A stretch of 64,000 bases of DNA from Candidatus Bathyarchaeota archaeon (GCA_963715865.1 OY970280.1:1792001-1856000); one strand, 5' to 3'; positions 29,330-40,011 are shown, numbered from the stretch's first letter. Made by a program: numbers and translations. The notes: generated from the letters alone by a model not told the origin.

Positions 29330-30187
29330 CTACACCTTTAACAAGTGGTTAAGCGCTGCGTGTCTCATAACTTCAACAGGTGCAGAGTGCCCAGTCCAGA
29401 TTTCAAAGGATGCAGCACCTTGGTAAATTAACATTTCAAACCCGCTTACTACTTTGGCTCCTGCCGCTTTTGCATCCTTCGCCAACTTCGTTTCAACTGG
29501 ATTGTACACAATGTCCATTACTGCCAAATCAGGTCTCAACCATTCGAACGCTACTGGAGTTTGATTAGCGTTTGGTTTCATCCCCACTGAAGTGGCGTTA
29601 ATCAGTACATCAGAATCCTGAAGGGTATCTTTTATTGCGTTTGGCGAAAGCGCGTCTGCAACGACTTTTCTGTCGAACGTTTGTTTCAAAAGGTTAGCTA
29701 ACTCTGCTGCTTGTTTAGCTGTTCGATTCAAAATTACCAGTTCATCAGCTTCCCGCGCAAGAGTGTATGCTATGGCTCTTGCAGCGCCGCCTGCTCCAAG
29801 CAACAGCACCTTTTTGCCCCTTGGCTCAACGCCGTTCTCCCTTAAAGCTTGCAATGCTCCGACGCCGTCAGTGTTAAAGCCAAAAAGTCTTCCATCCTTG
29901 TTAAGAATAGTATTTACTGAGCCTATGGCTTTGGCGGCTTGGTCTACTTCATCTAAGTAGTTGATCACTGCACTTTTGTGTGGCATAGTGACGTTTAACC
30001 CATGAATCCCCAAAGCACGCATGCCACTCACTGCTTTTTCAACGTCAGCAACTTTAACTTTGAAGGCTAAAAAAGCAAAGTCCAATTTCAAAGCTTTAAA
30101 CGCTGCATTATGCATGATGGGACTTAGCGTGTGCTCTATTGGGTCACCGATTACTCCGCATACGCGTGTTTTTCCTGAAATAATCAA
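29330..30187 (-). CDS. aroE: Shikimate dehydrogenase
   Basis: HTLSP.MHN, NVTMPHK, VNT, NTDG.G, GAGGAA, NAT.VGM, MLIYQG. Confidence 0.96.
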   Translation of the reverse strand: MIISGKTRVCGVIGDPIEHTLSPIMHNAAFKALKLDFAFLAFKVKVADVEKAVSGMRALGIHGLNVTMPHKSAVINYLDEVDQAAKAIGSVNTILNKDGRLFGFNTDGVGALQALRENGVEPRGKKVLLLGAGGAARAIAYTLAREADELVILNRTAKQAAELANLLKQTFDRKVVADALSPNAIKDTLQDSDVLINATSVGMKPNANQTPVAFEWLRPDLAVMDIVYNPVETKLAKDAKAAGAKVVSGFEMLIYQGAASFEIWTGHSAPVEVMRHAALNHLLKV

Positions 30188-30871
30188 TTATTTTAGCTCC
30201 AAGAGGTCGTAAGCAGCTTTCATTTCTTGAATAGTCATTTGTCCTGCCGCGGTTTCGTTGCCCTGTTGTAGCGAAGCAAATGTGAAGAATGCACCAAACA
30301 TAGGCGAAAGAAGTCTGGAGACCTTGCCCAGTTCGCCCATACAGAAACAAACAAGTTTCGTTTTGCTTGACATGGTAGAAACAAAATTCAGTGCGATGAG
30401 GTTGTCTTCAATTTGGTTTGCTGTTGTTATGATTTTGCAGACGCTGGCTCCGCTGGCAATTTCCTGTTCCAGAACCTTTTCCATTTCAGAAATGCTTAAT
30501 GCGCCGTCAAATTTGTGGTAGGAAACGATTGGTTTAGCGCCCAATAGCTTGAGTTTATCGATTGTTTCTTTATGTTTTGGGCTTGATAGGTCAACGTCAA
30601 CATATTCAAAATCGTTCTTTGCAGCATTGAATAATGTTTGCTGCCGCTCGGTTTCAGTTCCAGCGAAATTGCCTTTTTCGCTTTGCAGTTTGTTTGTAGC
30701 GATTAAAGGAATTTTTGTGCTTTTAACAACGTCTGAAAGGTTTCTGGACGCATCAAGGCAGTCTAGCCTAACTTCGATGAGGTCTGCTTGAGCTTTTTCC
30801 GCCCTCTCAATTAGACTTAACGCTTCAGGCATGTTTTTTGGGAGAATCGAGACGCAGATTCTCGTTGTCAC
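30188..30871 (-). CDS. aroD: Type I 3-dehydroquinate dehydratase
   Basis: EVRLD, SYH, CKI, FCMG..G..SR, AAGQ. Confidence 0.92.
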   Translation of the reverse strand: MTTRICVSILPKNMPEALSLIERAEKAQADLIEVRLDCLDASRNLSDVVKSTKIPLIATNKLQSEKGNFAGTETERQQTLFNAAKNDFEYVDVDLSSPKHKETIDKLKLLGAKPIVSYHKFDGALSISEMEKVLEQEIASGASVCKIITTANQIEDNLIALNFVSTMSSKTKLVCFCMGELGKVSRLLSPMFGAFFTFASLQQGNETAAGQMTIQEMKAAYDLLELK

Positions 30872-31908
30872 TTTTCTATCACCGTTTCTTCCGGCACGGA
30901 TACGCCGAAGTGTCTGCCTCCTTTGGCGGCTAAGTGCACTAGGACTTCGTCGTTTGGTTTTATTTCTGTAACTGGTTTTGAAGCTTTAGGTGCAACTAGG
31001 CGTATGGTTTCTGCGTTTTGGAGGATTGTTTTTATTTTTGTTTCGTCTGCTTGGGCTTCGATTAGGATTAGGGGTCGAAACTCGATTTTTGATCTTCCCA
31101 CGTTTGTTATTCGGGCTTTTCCTTCCCTGTTGATGATTAAAACTTCGTCGCCCGCTTTTAGCTCGGAGAGGTACCTGGTGTTCTGCAGCGAAGTTAATGT
31201 GTAGTGTGATGCTGCTCCAGCGTTTACACGGAATGGTCTGGATTGTACATAGGGGTTTTCGTTCACTTCAGCTTCTACTAAAAAGAAGCCTGCGGATTGG
31301 CATCCAACTAGCATTCCTTCGCCCGGAACCATTAAGTCAACGGTGTCAACGCAGACTCTGGCTCCAGTGCCAATCGGCTTAATAGATAAAATTTTAGCCG
31401 AGGTTAAACCCATTTTTGGCATTTGCTCCTTTACCACTTTGACAGCTTTCGCAAGTTCGTTCGGGTTTGAGGTTTTCAGCAGGACACCGTCTGTTCCTAG
31501 TTCTAAGGCTTCGAGAACAAGTTTCGCGTCTTCTGCGGTGGTGACTTCGGCGATTAGTTTGCTTTTGCCTCGTGTCTTTGCAATTAAATTTTCAAGGGGA
31601 ATTACTCGCCAATCAAGGCAGTTAATGATTATGTAATCAACTTGGAGTTCTGCCGCTTTGGCGGCTTTGTTCTCATCTTCTTTGCCTTGAATGCTTACTC
31701 GAAAGGCGGTTTTTTTGCTTTCATTTTTCAGTTGGGCAATTTTTTTTTCGTTTAGTTCAGTGAGGAAGGTTATGTTTAATTTGCCAGAGCGGTTGCTCGC
31801 TTGCGTATCTTCAATTATTACGTCAGCGTTTTCATGGGCGAGGCTAAGCAAATTTTCTTTTTCTTGCGGTGAAGCAGTTTGGTCTATTTCTATCCAGAGT
31901 TCCTTCAA
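30868..31908 (-). CDS. aroB': 3-dehydroquinate synthase II
   Basis: DWRVIPLENLIA, RVCVDT, RPFRVNAG, YLSEL, GRSKIE.RPL, QNAETI. Confidence 0.95.
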   Translation of the reverse strand: MKELWIEIDQTASPQEKENLLSLAHENADVIIEDTQASNRSGKLNITFLTELNEKKIAQLKNESKKTAFRVSIQGKEDENKAAKAAELQVDYIIINCLDWRVIPLENLIAKTRGKSKLIAEVTTAEDAKLVLEALELGTDGVLLKTSNPNELAKAVKVVKEQMPKMGLTSAKILSIKPIGTGARVCVDTVDLMVPGEGMLVGCQSAGFFLVEAEVNENPYVQSRPFRVNAGAASHYTLTSLQNTRYLSELKAGDEVLIINREGKARITNVGRSKIEFRPLILIEAQADETKIKTILQNAETIRLVAPKASKPVTEIKPNDEVLVHLAAKGGRHFGVSVPEETVIEK

Positions 31909-32696
31909 CGATGCTCACCGAGAATTTTAAGCGCTTGCTCAACGCTAACGCCACTGTGAACGATTGATGAAAGCGCTTTAACTATTAAGGTTGGATTCTC
32001 ATTTTGGAACACGTTTCGTCCAATGGAAAGTCCTGCAGCTCCAGCTTTTATTGAGTCGTGTGCGGTTTGGAGGATTTCTTGGGATGTTTTGCATTTTGGT
32101 CCTCCTGCAATTACTACTGGAACTGGACAGCTTTCGATGACTGTCTTGAACGTATCTATGTTGCCCGTGAAGTTTGCTTTGATTATGTCTGCGCCTAGTT
32201 CAGCGCCGATTCTCGCTGCGTGGGCTACTACGTCGGGTGCATGTTCGTTTTGTATTTTTGGTCCGCGAGGGTACATCATTGCGAGCAGTGGCATACCGTA
32301 TACTTCGCATTCGTCGGCTACTTTGCCTAGGGTACTTAGCATTTTGTCCTCGTCTTGTGCACCAACGTTAACGTGTACGGAGACTGCGTCCGCGCCTATG
32401 CGTATGGCTTCTTGAACAGTGCATACTTGGACTTTACTGTTTATGTTCGGGCTAAGGTTTGACATTCCTGATAACTGCACTATTAAACCTGCGTTTCCAG
32501 CGTCAACATGTTTGGCTATGCCTTTGTGGACTAGTACTGCGTCAACTCCGCCTTTGAGGAGTTGGTTGATTATTTGTTGCATGTTGATTATTCCTTGGAT
32601 TGGTCCTATTGTTACGCCGTGGTCCATGGGTACGATTACTGTGCGGTTGTCTTGTTGCATGATTCTTTTTAATCGTCGGGTTTTTCCTGGGTTCAT
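31905..32696 (-). CDS. aroA': 2-amino-3,7-dideoxy-D-threo-hept-6-ulosonate (ADH) synthase, class I aldolase
   Basis: VPMDHG, GADAVSVH.N.G, MMYPRG, ELGADIIK, IGRNVFQ; adjacent to DHQ synthase II. Confidence 0.9.
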   Translation of the reverse strand: MNPGKTRRLKRIMQQDNRTVIVPMDHGVTIGPIQGIINMQQIINQLLKGGVDAVLVHKGIAKHVDAGNAGLIVQLSGMSNLSPNINSKVQVCTVQEAIRIGADAVSVHVNVGAQDEDKMLSTLGKVADECEVYGMPLLAMMYPRGPKIQNEHAPDVVAHAARIGAELGADIIKANFTGNIDTFKTVIESCPVPVVIAGGPKCKTSQEILQTAHDSIKAGAAGLSIGRNVFQNENPTLIVKALSSIVHSGVSVEQALKILGEHR

Positions 32697-32712
32697 GTTC
32701 TTTCACCTTTGT

Positions 32713-33951
32713 TTATTTGGGATTCCTTAATGAGTTTTTAATTAATTTCAAGGCTCTTTCACGCTCATTCCAATCTACGAAGAGCAGGATGCTTGATGTT
32801 ATGGTTAGTATACCTGAAATGTTTATGCCGCTGAGTCTGAGGTCTTCGCTGATTTTTCCTATTATGCCATGTGTCTCTTCTAAGCCAACACCGCTTGTTT
32901 TTATGAAGACTAGGTCTTTTTTGACCGCCATTGCTATGGTTTCTTTGTTGCTCTTTGTGATGTCATGAATGTCATTGAAGAGTGAATCTAAGTTTTTCTC
33001 TTGAGAAACGTAGAGTATAACTGAATTTGTGTTCATTGACATGCCAAGAAGCAAAGAGTGCTGTTTAGTTTTTTCCACCATTTCTTGGATGATTTGGGGG
33101 TTTGCGGAGATACCGTTTCCGATTACTGTTATTTCAGCAACTGGAAAAGCATGTGCTATTTCCGCGTCTAGTTCGGTTGCTAATGCTCCTGTGATAACTG
33201 TGCCTTCTTTCGAAAGGTTGCCATGTACGTGGTTGATTACCCTGACGTTGATGTTTTTAGGCTTGTACTTTAAGGCTTTACTGTGAATAAATTTGGCTCC
33301 TGAATCGGCAAGACCTACCACAGTGTTAACGTCGATTTCTCTGAGGCGTTCTGGGTTGGAGACGATTTTTGGGTCACCTGACATTATGCCATCTGCATCA
33401 GTAACTAAGACAATTTCATCAGCGTTTAAGGCTTCAGCTAGGATAAACGCGGTTGTGTCGCTTCCACCTCTTCCAAGAGTGGTGATTTTGCCGTCTTTGG
33501 TTTTGCCGAGGAAGCCTGCGACTACTGGTATGACGCCTTTTTCTATGATTGGCGATATGCATTCGCGGATGTTTTTTTCGCAGTCTTTCAGAATTGGGTT
33601 GGCGTTTTGGAATGCTGAGTCGGTTATTATTGGCCAGTTGTTGTCGATTGGGTCGAAGTAGCAGGATTCTGCACCGTTTGAGTTTAGCGCAGCAGCGAAT
33701 ATTCTTATGCTGGTTCTTTCACCCATTGAGAGGATGTCGTCTAAGTCTTTTTTTTCTAGTTTCCCATTGGAAGCGTGTTTCACGGTGGTCATGAGCACAT
33801 CGGTTGTTTTGCCCATGGCAGAAACTACAACGGCGATGCGTGTGCCTTTTTTGGCTTCGTTCACTACGGCAACTACCGCTTTTAAGAGCCTCTCGTGATC
33901 CGCTAAGCTGGAACCACCAAATTTAACCACAATTTTTTTGTTATTTTCCAT
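32713..33951 (-). CDS. lysC: Aspartate kinase
   Basis: VVKFGGSSL, VVSAMGKTTD, GE, LGRGGSDTTA, TDADG...DP, ACT-like C-terminus. Confidence 0.92.
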   Translation of the reverse strand: MENNKKIVVKFGGSSLADHERLLKAVVAVVNEAKKGTRIAVVVSAMGKTTDVLMTTVKHASNGKLEKKDLDDILSMGERTSIRIFAAALNSNGAESCYFDPIDNNWPIITDSAFQNANPILKDCEKNIRECISPIIEKGVIPVVAGFLGKTKDGKITTLGRGGSDTTAFILAEALNADEIVLVTDADGIMSGDPKIVSNPERLREIDVNTVVGLADSGAKFIHSKALKYKPKNINVRVINHVHGNLSKEGTVITGALATELDAEIAHAFPVAEITVIGNGISANPQIIQEMVEKTKQHSLLLGMSMNTNSVILYVSQEKNLDSLFNDIHDITKSNKETIAMAVKKDLVFIKTSGVGLEETHGIIGKISEDLRLSGINISGILTITSSILLFVDWNERERALKLIKNSLRNPK

Positions 33952-34258
33952 TTGTTACACCCACTTTTCGCCCAGAACTTTTCTTAAAATTTTTTCAGTT
34001 CTGAGCTTAGTTAAAATAGTAATAATAAAAGTAGTAGTCGAAGCTAAGGAACTGTGATGCACTGTTTTCTTTCTTGCTTTTGCAATTAGACATTTTAGCT
34101 TCGAACCTTGCTGAATGAGACATTCTCCAGAAAATATAAGCGTTTCGGCGTTTCAGAAATTTACTACACTTCAACCGATAACTCCCAACTTGCTTTTGCA
34201 TTAGAGTATAGTCTTTATCAAGTTGACAGTGCATAAAAGAATCTAAGAAGGTAGTCCA

Positions 34259-35095
34259 ATGAAAACGCAAACACAAAACGACTGGCAAGAAATCCTCATC
34301 CAATGCAAAAACAACGTGCAAACCAGCATACAACCATGCCTCAAAACCTTAAGGGAACCTCAACCTGACTTGGGCACGGGTGCTGGTGGAGACGCTATGA
34401 AGCCGGTGGATTTGGCTGCTGAAACAGCAATCGTTGAAACCCTAAAGCAGCATAACGTTTCCTTCACGTTAGTTAGTGAAGAGTCAGGAGTAAAAAAATT
34501 CGGCATGACCCCTGGCGAGTGCTATGTGACGGTTGACCCGATAGATGGAACCACAAACTTGTTGCATGGTTTGCCCTTCTATGCCTGTTCAATTGCAGTT
34601 TCCCGCAAGCCTGCCGTGGCGGATGTTTATGCTGGGCTGGTTGTTGACCTTTTCCACGATGTAACGTATACTGCGTTTAAGGGCAAAGGAGCATATCGGG
34701 ATGGCGAAAAAATAGAAACCTCAAAAATAGTTTCTTTGGACGAGGCAATTGTAGGCTTAGACCTAAACACTTACAAAGTTAAACAAGTCGCACCTAAATT
34801 AACCGCTTTAATTGAGAAAACCAAGCATATCCGACACTTTGGCGCTAACGCACTTGAACTCTGCTATGTGGCTAATGGTTTGACAGACGCCTTTGTTGAC
34901 ATGCGCGGAAAACTGCGCACGACAGATGTAGCTGCTGGCTTTCTCATCATCAAAGAGGCAGGCGGAATAGTAACGACCCCAGAAAATCAAGCGTTAAACG
35001 TTGAATTGGATCCTAAGCAAACGCTGAGTTTCATAGCTTCAGGCAACATGCAAATTCACAAAAAAATCATAAGCTTGGTTAAATCCGCATGCTAA
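34259..35095 (+). CDS. suhB: Inositol monophosphatase / FBPase (FIG family)
   Basis: SEE, VDPIDGTTN, R.FGA.ALELC, DVAAG. Confidence 0.9.
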   Translation: MKTQTQNDWQEILIQCKNNVQTSIQPCLKTLREPQPDLGTGAGGDAMKPVDLAAETAIVETLKQHNVSFTLVSEESGVKKFGMTPGECYVTVDPIDGTTNLLHGLPFYACSIAVSRKPAVADVYAGLVVDLFHDVTYTAFKGKGAYRDGEKIETSKIVSLDEAIVGLDLNTYKVKQVAPKLTALIEKTKHIRHFGANALELCYVANGLTDAFVDMRGKLRTTDVAAGFLIIKEAGGIVTTPENQALNVELDPKQTLSFIASGNMQIHKKIISLVKSAC

Positions 35096-35931
35096 ATTTA
35101 CTTTTGCCCCACCCTGCCGCTCTCATAAAAACCGAAAAAACTAAAACTCTCCTTATCGCTGACCTGCATATTGGCTGGGAAATTGCGCTGCAAAAAAAAG
35201 GCATCCATGTACCAAGCCAAACGCCAAAAATTCTCAACAAATTAACTGCGATAATCACAAAATACAAGCCAGAGCAGCTGGTTATTCTTGGCGACGTAAA
35301 ATACACGGTTGTTTCAAGCGAACTGGGCGAGTGGCAAGATGTTCCCGATTTTTTTACCAAATTACAAGGCTACATCGGCGACATAGCTATTGTACGTGGT
35401 AACCATGATGCCAATATTGAACCGCTTCTGCCAGAGAACATCAAGCTTCTTCCCGCAACAGGAGCAGTAATTGGTGACGTAGGCGTTTTTCATGGTCACA
35501 AATGGCCGTCACCAGCCTTGCTGAAATGCAAAACATTGGTTATGGGGCATTTGCATCCCGTAGTTGTTTTCCGTGACCCAGCAGGCTTTAAAATTACAAG
35601 GCAAGTGTGGATGAAAGTAAACTGCAACATCGAAGCCTTAGCAAAGATTTTCTTGCAAAAACAAAACGTAAAAATCGAAGGCACAGTGGCAAAAACGCTA
35701 CAGAAGCACTATAATATTAAGCTGAAGACGAGGGAGATTCTCATAATGCCCAGTTTCAACGATTTCTTAGGCGGCAGACCAGTAAACGAAACAAGACCCA
35801 GAAAAGAAGTCGGCAGTGAAGCATTGATTGGACCTGTTTTGCGCTCGGAAGCCGTGGATGTGGATAATTCTGAGCTTTACCTTTTGGACGGCACATACTT
35901 GGGGACATTAAATCAGTTGAGAAGCTTATGA
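35089..35931 (+). CDS. Calcineurin-like metallophosphoesterase
   Basis: ADLHIG, LGD, RGNHD, FHGH, GHLHP. Confidence 0.88.
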   Translation: MLNLLLPHPAALIKTEKTKTLLIADLHIGWEIALQKKGIHVPSQTPKILNKLTAIITKYKPEQLVILGDVKYTVVSSELGEWQDVPDFFTKLQGYIGDIAIVRGNHDANIEPLLPENIKLLPATGAVIGDVGVFHGHKWPSPALLKCKTLVMGHLHPVVVFRDPAGFKITRQVWMKVNCNIEALAKIFLQKQNVKIEGTVAKTLQKHYNIKLKTREILIMPSFNDFLGGRPVNETRPRKEVGSEALIGPVLRSEAVDVDNSELYLLDGTYLGTLNQLRSL

Positions 35932-36010
35932 ATTAGTTAGGGATTGCTGGTTAACTCTTATATTTACCGCATGTTATATGCATGTTATAGTTTGAGGGAG
36001 GAAAAATAAA

Positions 36011-36166
36011 GTGAAACTCGTAACAGTCCTGTTACCAGAAGCTTATCTGGAAGGTTTAGATGAACTAGTCCGTGCAAACATGTATCCAAGCAGAAGCAGC
36101 GTCATAAGGTCTGCAGTGCGTGATTTGCTGAAGAAAGAGCTTTGGGAGCAAAAACGCGGAAGATAA
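36011..36166 (+). CDS. Small ribbon-helix-helix regulator (CopG/CdrS-like), 51 aa, not in ORF track
   Basis: GTG after GAGGGAGG; MKLVTVLLPEAYLEGLDELVRANMYPSRSSVIRSAVRDLLKKELWEQKRGR, TAA 36164-36166. Confidence 0.85.
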   Translation: MKLVTVLLPEAYLEGLDELVRANMYPSRSSVIRSAVRDLLKKELWEQKRGR

Positions 36167-36174
36167 AACCGCAC

Positions 36175-36942
36175 CTATATCCCTTTTACTGAATCGCAAA
36201 GCCTTCGTGCTGCTTGAGCCGGGTCGCCTGCCATAGTGATTTCTCGCCCAACAATGAGGTAGCTAGCGCCTGCTTTAACTGCAGTTTCCGCTGCTCCGCC
36301 TTGTACGCCTATGCCAGGCGAGTAAATGGGGACGATTTGCCCAAGAATATGCTTTATCTCAGCTATTTTTTGAGGATAAGTTGCGCCAACCACTGCTCCG
36401 TCAGCATTCCATTTCAAAGCTTTTTTGGCAAAAGAAACATACTGCAGGGTTTGCTCGCCTGTTTCTGAATCGATTATTGTTTGGCCGTAGCCTTCACTTG
36501 CGCCTTTGTGGCTCATGTAACAGAGAAGAATGACACCTCGGTCAAGGCGTTTTGAAACTTCAAAGAGCGGTTTTAAGCCTTCGTTCCAGCCAACAAACGG
36601 GTTAGCGATTAAAGCGTCAAAACCTGCCGAGTAATAATATTCTGCGATGACTTGGTTTGTGGCGCCTATGTCGTTTACTTTAGCATCCATAATTGCCAAT
36701 AGCCCTTGACCGCGAATTTGCTCAACCAGTTGCTGCACGCCGTCAAAGGTGCCGAGCGGAAGAACAAGATGATGATTTATTTTAACCGCACAAATATAGG
36801 GATGAACGGCTTTGAGAATTTTTTGGGCCTTCGCCAAAACTTTGTTTCGGTTCCCTGGAGTCTCATACGGAAAATCCAACGCTAAAACAATTGGTGAATT
36901 CTTACTCTTGGCTGCTTCTTGCATTTTCGCTTTAAACGACAT
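36175..36942 (-). CDS. pyrF: Orotidine 5'-phosphate decarboxylase
   Basis: LALD, DAKVNDI, VVGAT, SPGIG.QG, IVGR.I. Confidence 0.92.
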   Translation of the reverse strand: MSFKAKMQEAAKSKNSPIVLALDFPYETPGNRNKVLAKAQKILKAVHPYICAVKINHHLVLPLGTFDGVQQLVEQIRGQGLLAIMDAKVNDIGATNQVIAEYYYSAGFDALIANPFVGWNEGLKPLFEVSKRLDRGVILLCYMSHKGASEGYGQTIIDSETGEQTLQYVSFAKKALKWNADGAVVGATYPQKIAEIKHILGQIVPIYSPGIGVQGGAAETAVKAGASYLIVGREITMAGDPAQAARRLCDSVKGI

Positions 36943-37292
36943 TGGTAATGCCTCTTGCTGTATCCTGTTGAGCGATTAGCTATTTCATTTTTTCGTCTGC
37001 TCCTGTCATTTTGCTTATTGTACCAAACTTTCCTTTTTGCGTAAACTCAAATCTAAATCAACCAACAGAACACTCGTTACTAAAGTTGTTCATCGCCCCG
37101 ACAGCTTAAGCATATTTGGATCATCTAGTAGACCCGGGGGTAGGCTAATGCGCACACACATATCGAAAGCAAAAAGCCAGTAAACTAAACATAAAAAATT
37201 CATGATAAGCTTAATTTCCCTCCTCAAACAGGCATATAACAATAAGTGCAAGCTTACTCCATAAATTTGCACTACTTGCAAGGGAAAAACAG

Positions 37293-39218
37293 ATGAAAAA
37301 CACCGTTACGGAAAAAGTTATCGCTCAACACTTAGCCGAAGGAAAAATGGTTCCTAGCGAAGAAATTGCCTTAAAAATAGATCACACACTAACTCAGGAT
37401 TCCACAGGCACCTTAGCTTACCTTGAGTTTGAAGCCATGGGTGTTCCAAAAGTCAAAACCAAGCTAAGCCTAAGCTTCGTTGACCACAACATGCTTCAGA
37501 ACGATTTCAGGAACGCGGATGACCACCGCTACTTGCAAGGAGTCGCAGCCAAATACGGCATTGTTTTCTCGCGTCCAGGCAACGGCATCTGTCACCAACT
37601 CTATCTTGAACGATTTGCCCAACCGTCCCTAACGCTTTTGGGAAGCGACAGCCACACTCCAACCGCAGGCGGCATGGGCATGATTGCCATCGGCGCTGGA
37701 GGACTCGATGTTGCCGCAGCCATGGCTGGAGAACCCTTCTACCTTGAAATGCCCAGTATCTTAGGTGTAAATTTGACTGGGAAGCTTTCGCCTTTTGTTT
37801 CAGCCAAAGACGTTATTTTGCAAGTGCTCAAAGAATTGACTGTGAAGGGTGGAGTAAACAAGATTCTGGAATACTTTGGCGCAGGAGTTAAAACACTGAG
37901 CGTACCTGAACGAGGAACCATAGCGAATATGGGCACCGAAACAGGAGCCACAACATCCATTTTCCCATCCGACGAAACAACAAGGGCTTTCCTGCGTGGA
38001 CAAGGAAGAGAAAACCAGTGGACAGAGCTCAAAGCAGATGACGCTGTAAAATACAGCGAAATCCTTGATGTAGACCTTAATGCGGTTGAACCGTTAATAG
38101 CGTTGCCTCACAGCCCAGACAACGTTAAACCAGTAAGCGAAGTTGAAGGAACACCTGTAGACCAAGTATGCATCGGCAGCTGCACCAACTCGTCGCTTAG
38201 AGACTTAAAAATTGTCTCCGCCCTGCTGAAAGGCAAAAAAATCGGTGATAACGTCAGCCTCACCATTTCGCCCGGTTCAAGACAAGCCTTACAAAACCTA
38301 GCAGCCACAGGCGAACTTGAGCCTTTAATTCAGTCAGGCGCCAGAATACTTGAAAACGCTTGCGGTCCATGCATTGGAATTGGGCAAGCTCCGACAACTG
38401 AGGGCGTGTCGCTTCGAACGTTTAACCGCAACTTTAAAGGCCGCTCTGGAACACAGAATGCCAAAGTTTACCTGGTTAGCCCAGAAACAGCAGTTGCATC
38501 AGCTATTACTGGTGAAATTACGGATCCGCGAAAACTCGGCAAATACCCAGAGATTAGCTTGCCTGAAAGGTTTGTGCTGAGCGATAACATGTTTATTTAC
38601 CCGACTACAAAGGCAACATCCCGTGTCGCGATGGGACCCAACATTAAACCCTTACCATCATTCAAGCCGATACCCGACCGATTAACTGGTGAAGTGTTGC
38701 TAAAGCTTGGCGACAACGTTTCAACCGACGACATTTTGCCAGGAGGCACAGAAATCATGTCCCTGAGAAGCAACATTCCCGAAATAAGCAAATACACTTT
38801 CTGCCGCGTTGACATAACTTTTGCCGCCCGTGCCCTCGAGAAAAACGGTGGGTTCCTCGTCGGCGGCGAAAATTACGGTCAAGGCTCATCACGGGAACAC
38901 GCTGCGTTGGCGCCTAAATACCTTGGCGTAAAAGCTGTTATAGCCAAATCTTTCGCTAGAATACATATGGCTAACTTAGTTAATTTCGGAATTCTACCCT
39001 TAACCTTCGCCGATAAACAGGATTATTCAGGCTTCTCGCAGGGTGACGTGTTGGATTTGGATGTTAAAGACTTTAACGGGCGCTTACTTGTGAAGAACCT
39101 GACTAAGGGTACAAAAATAGAGGTTGCCTTAAGCCTCAGCGAGTTAGAGAGGGGCATTGTTAAAGCAGGCGGAAAACTAGCCGCTATAAAAGCAAAGCAA
39201 AACATAAAACAGCTTTAA
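37293..39218 (+). CDS. acn: Single-chain aconitate hydratase
   Basis: QDSTG, DHN, GICHQ, DSHT, IGSCTN, CGPCIG, RNF.GR, fused swivel domain with STDDI and YGQGSSREHAA. Confidence 0.93.
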   Translation: MKNTVTEKVIAQHLAEGKMVPSEEIALKIDHTLTQDSTGTLAYLEFEAMGVPKVKTKLSLSFVDHNMLQNDFRNADDHRYLQGVAAKYGIVFSRPGNGICHQLYLERFAQPSLTLLGSDSHTPTAGGMGMIAIGAGGLDVAAAMAGEPFYLEMPSILGVNLTGKLSPFVSAKDVILQVLKELTVKGGVNKILEYFGAGVKTLSVPERGTIANMGTETGATTSIFPSDETTRAFLRGQGRENQWTELKADDAVKYSEILDVDLNAVEPLIALPHSPDNVKPVSEVEGTPVDQVCIGSCTNSSLRDLKIVSALLKGKKIGDNVSLTISPGSRQALQNLAATGELEPLIQSGARILENACGPCIGIGQAPTTEGVSLRTFNRNFKGRSGTQNAKVYLVSPETAVASAITGEITDPRKLGKYPEISLPERFVLSDNMFIYPTTKATSRVAMGPNIKPLPSFKPIPDRLTGEVLLKLGDNVSTDDILPGGTEIMSLRSNIPEISKYTFCRVDITFAARALEKNGGFLVGGENYGQGSSREHAALAPKYLGVKAVIAKSFARIHMANLVNFGILPLTFADKQDYSGFSQGDVLDLDVKDFNGRLLVKNLTKGTKIEVALSLSELERGIVKAGGKLAAIKAKQNIKQL

Positions 39219-39336
39219 TTTAAAAATGATTTTTAGTTAAGAGCTGTATTATTTCGCCAACTTAATCTTGATACTGCCATAAAGTGTAGCCTTGGAAGCC
39301 TCTTTTTGTGTAGTGGCGTTATTAAAAAGAAGGCGG

Positions 39337-40011
39337 TTAAACGCCCCAAACTGTTGAATTAGTAAGTGTCCAAGTGATGATTAAGTTGTATTGCGGGTTG
39401 TTGTAATATTGAATGTTGGTTAAGTCATCGAGCATCCCGGTTTGTTTATCGAAATAGACGCTCATTAAGTTATCTTGCACTGTATTACCTGTTGGGTCGT
39501 TAACATCGGTAAATACGTTTTCTATTGACCAGTAATTTGTTTGTCTAGTACCGGTAGAATATGTTTGAGGGCCGGTGCTGTTAACGATGAGTCCAGTATT
39601 AGCTTCCTTAGGGTAAAGCATATTATTTGCATTAAGGTTTGAAGGGTAAATAGCCCAGAAGGCGCCACTATTGTTACCTGTCGCCAAATTGGCCCATTCT
39701 GAGCTTTGAATTGCTGTTCCATTGGTGAATTGCCATACTGTATCAAACGAGACTACGGAGCCATCGATTCCTGTTATGGTGACTTGGTAGTAGTCTGTAT
39801 TGTTATATTCCGAGAGATAGGCTGGAGTTACTGCGTCTGAACTAAATAAAACTGAATAGCCCATTAGTTTGTAAGTGAACGTGTCACCAACATTGACACC
39901 AACCGACTTAGAAGCCTGTGTTATATAGACTATTGCAGCAGTTGCAATACCTAGTATAACTAAGAGAAAGATGGCAATATACACTTTCTTAGTTATAGTC
40001 TTCTTAGTCAT
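39337..40011 (-). CDS. Membrane-anchored/secreted beta-rich hypothetical protein
   Basis: N-terminal TM, T/N/S-rich body with several N-x-S/T sequons. Confidence 0.65.
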   Translation of the reverse strand: MTKKTITKKVYIAIFLLVILGIATAAIVYITQASKSVGVNVGDTFTYKLMGYSVLFSSDAVTPAYLSEYNNTDYYQVTITGIDGSVVSFDTVWQFTNGTAIQSSEWANLATGNNSGAFWAIYPSNLNANNMLYPKEANTGLIVNSTGPQTYSTGTRQTNYWSIENVFTDVNDPTGNTVQDNLMSVYFDKQTGMLDDLTNIQYYNNPQYNLIITWTLTNSTVWGV

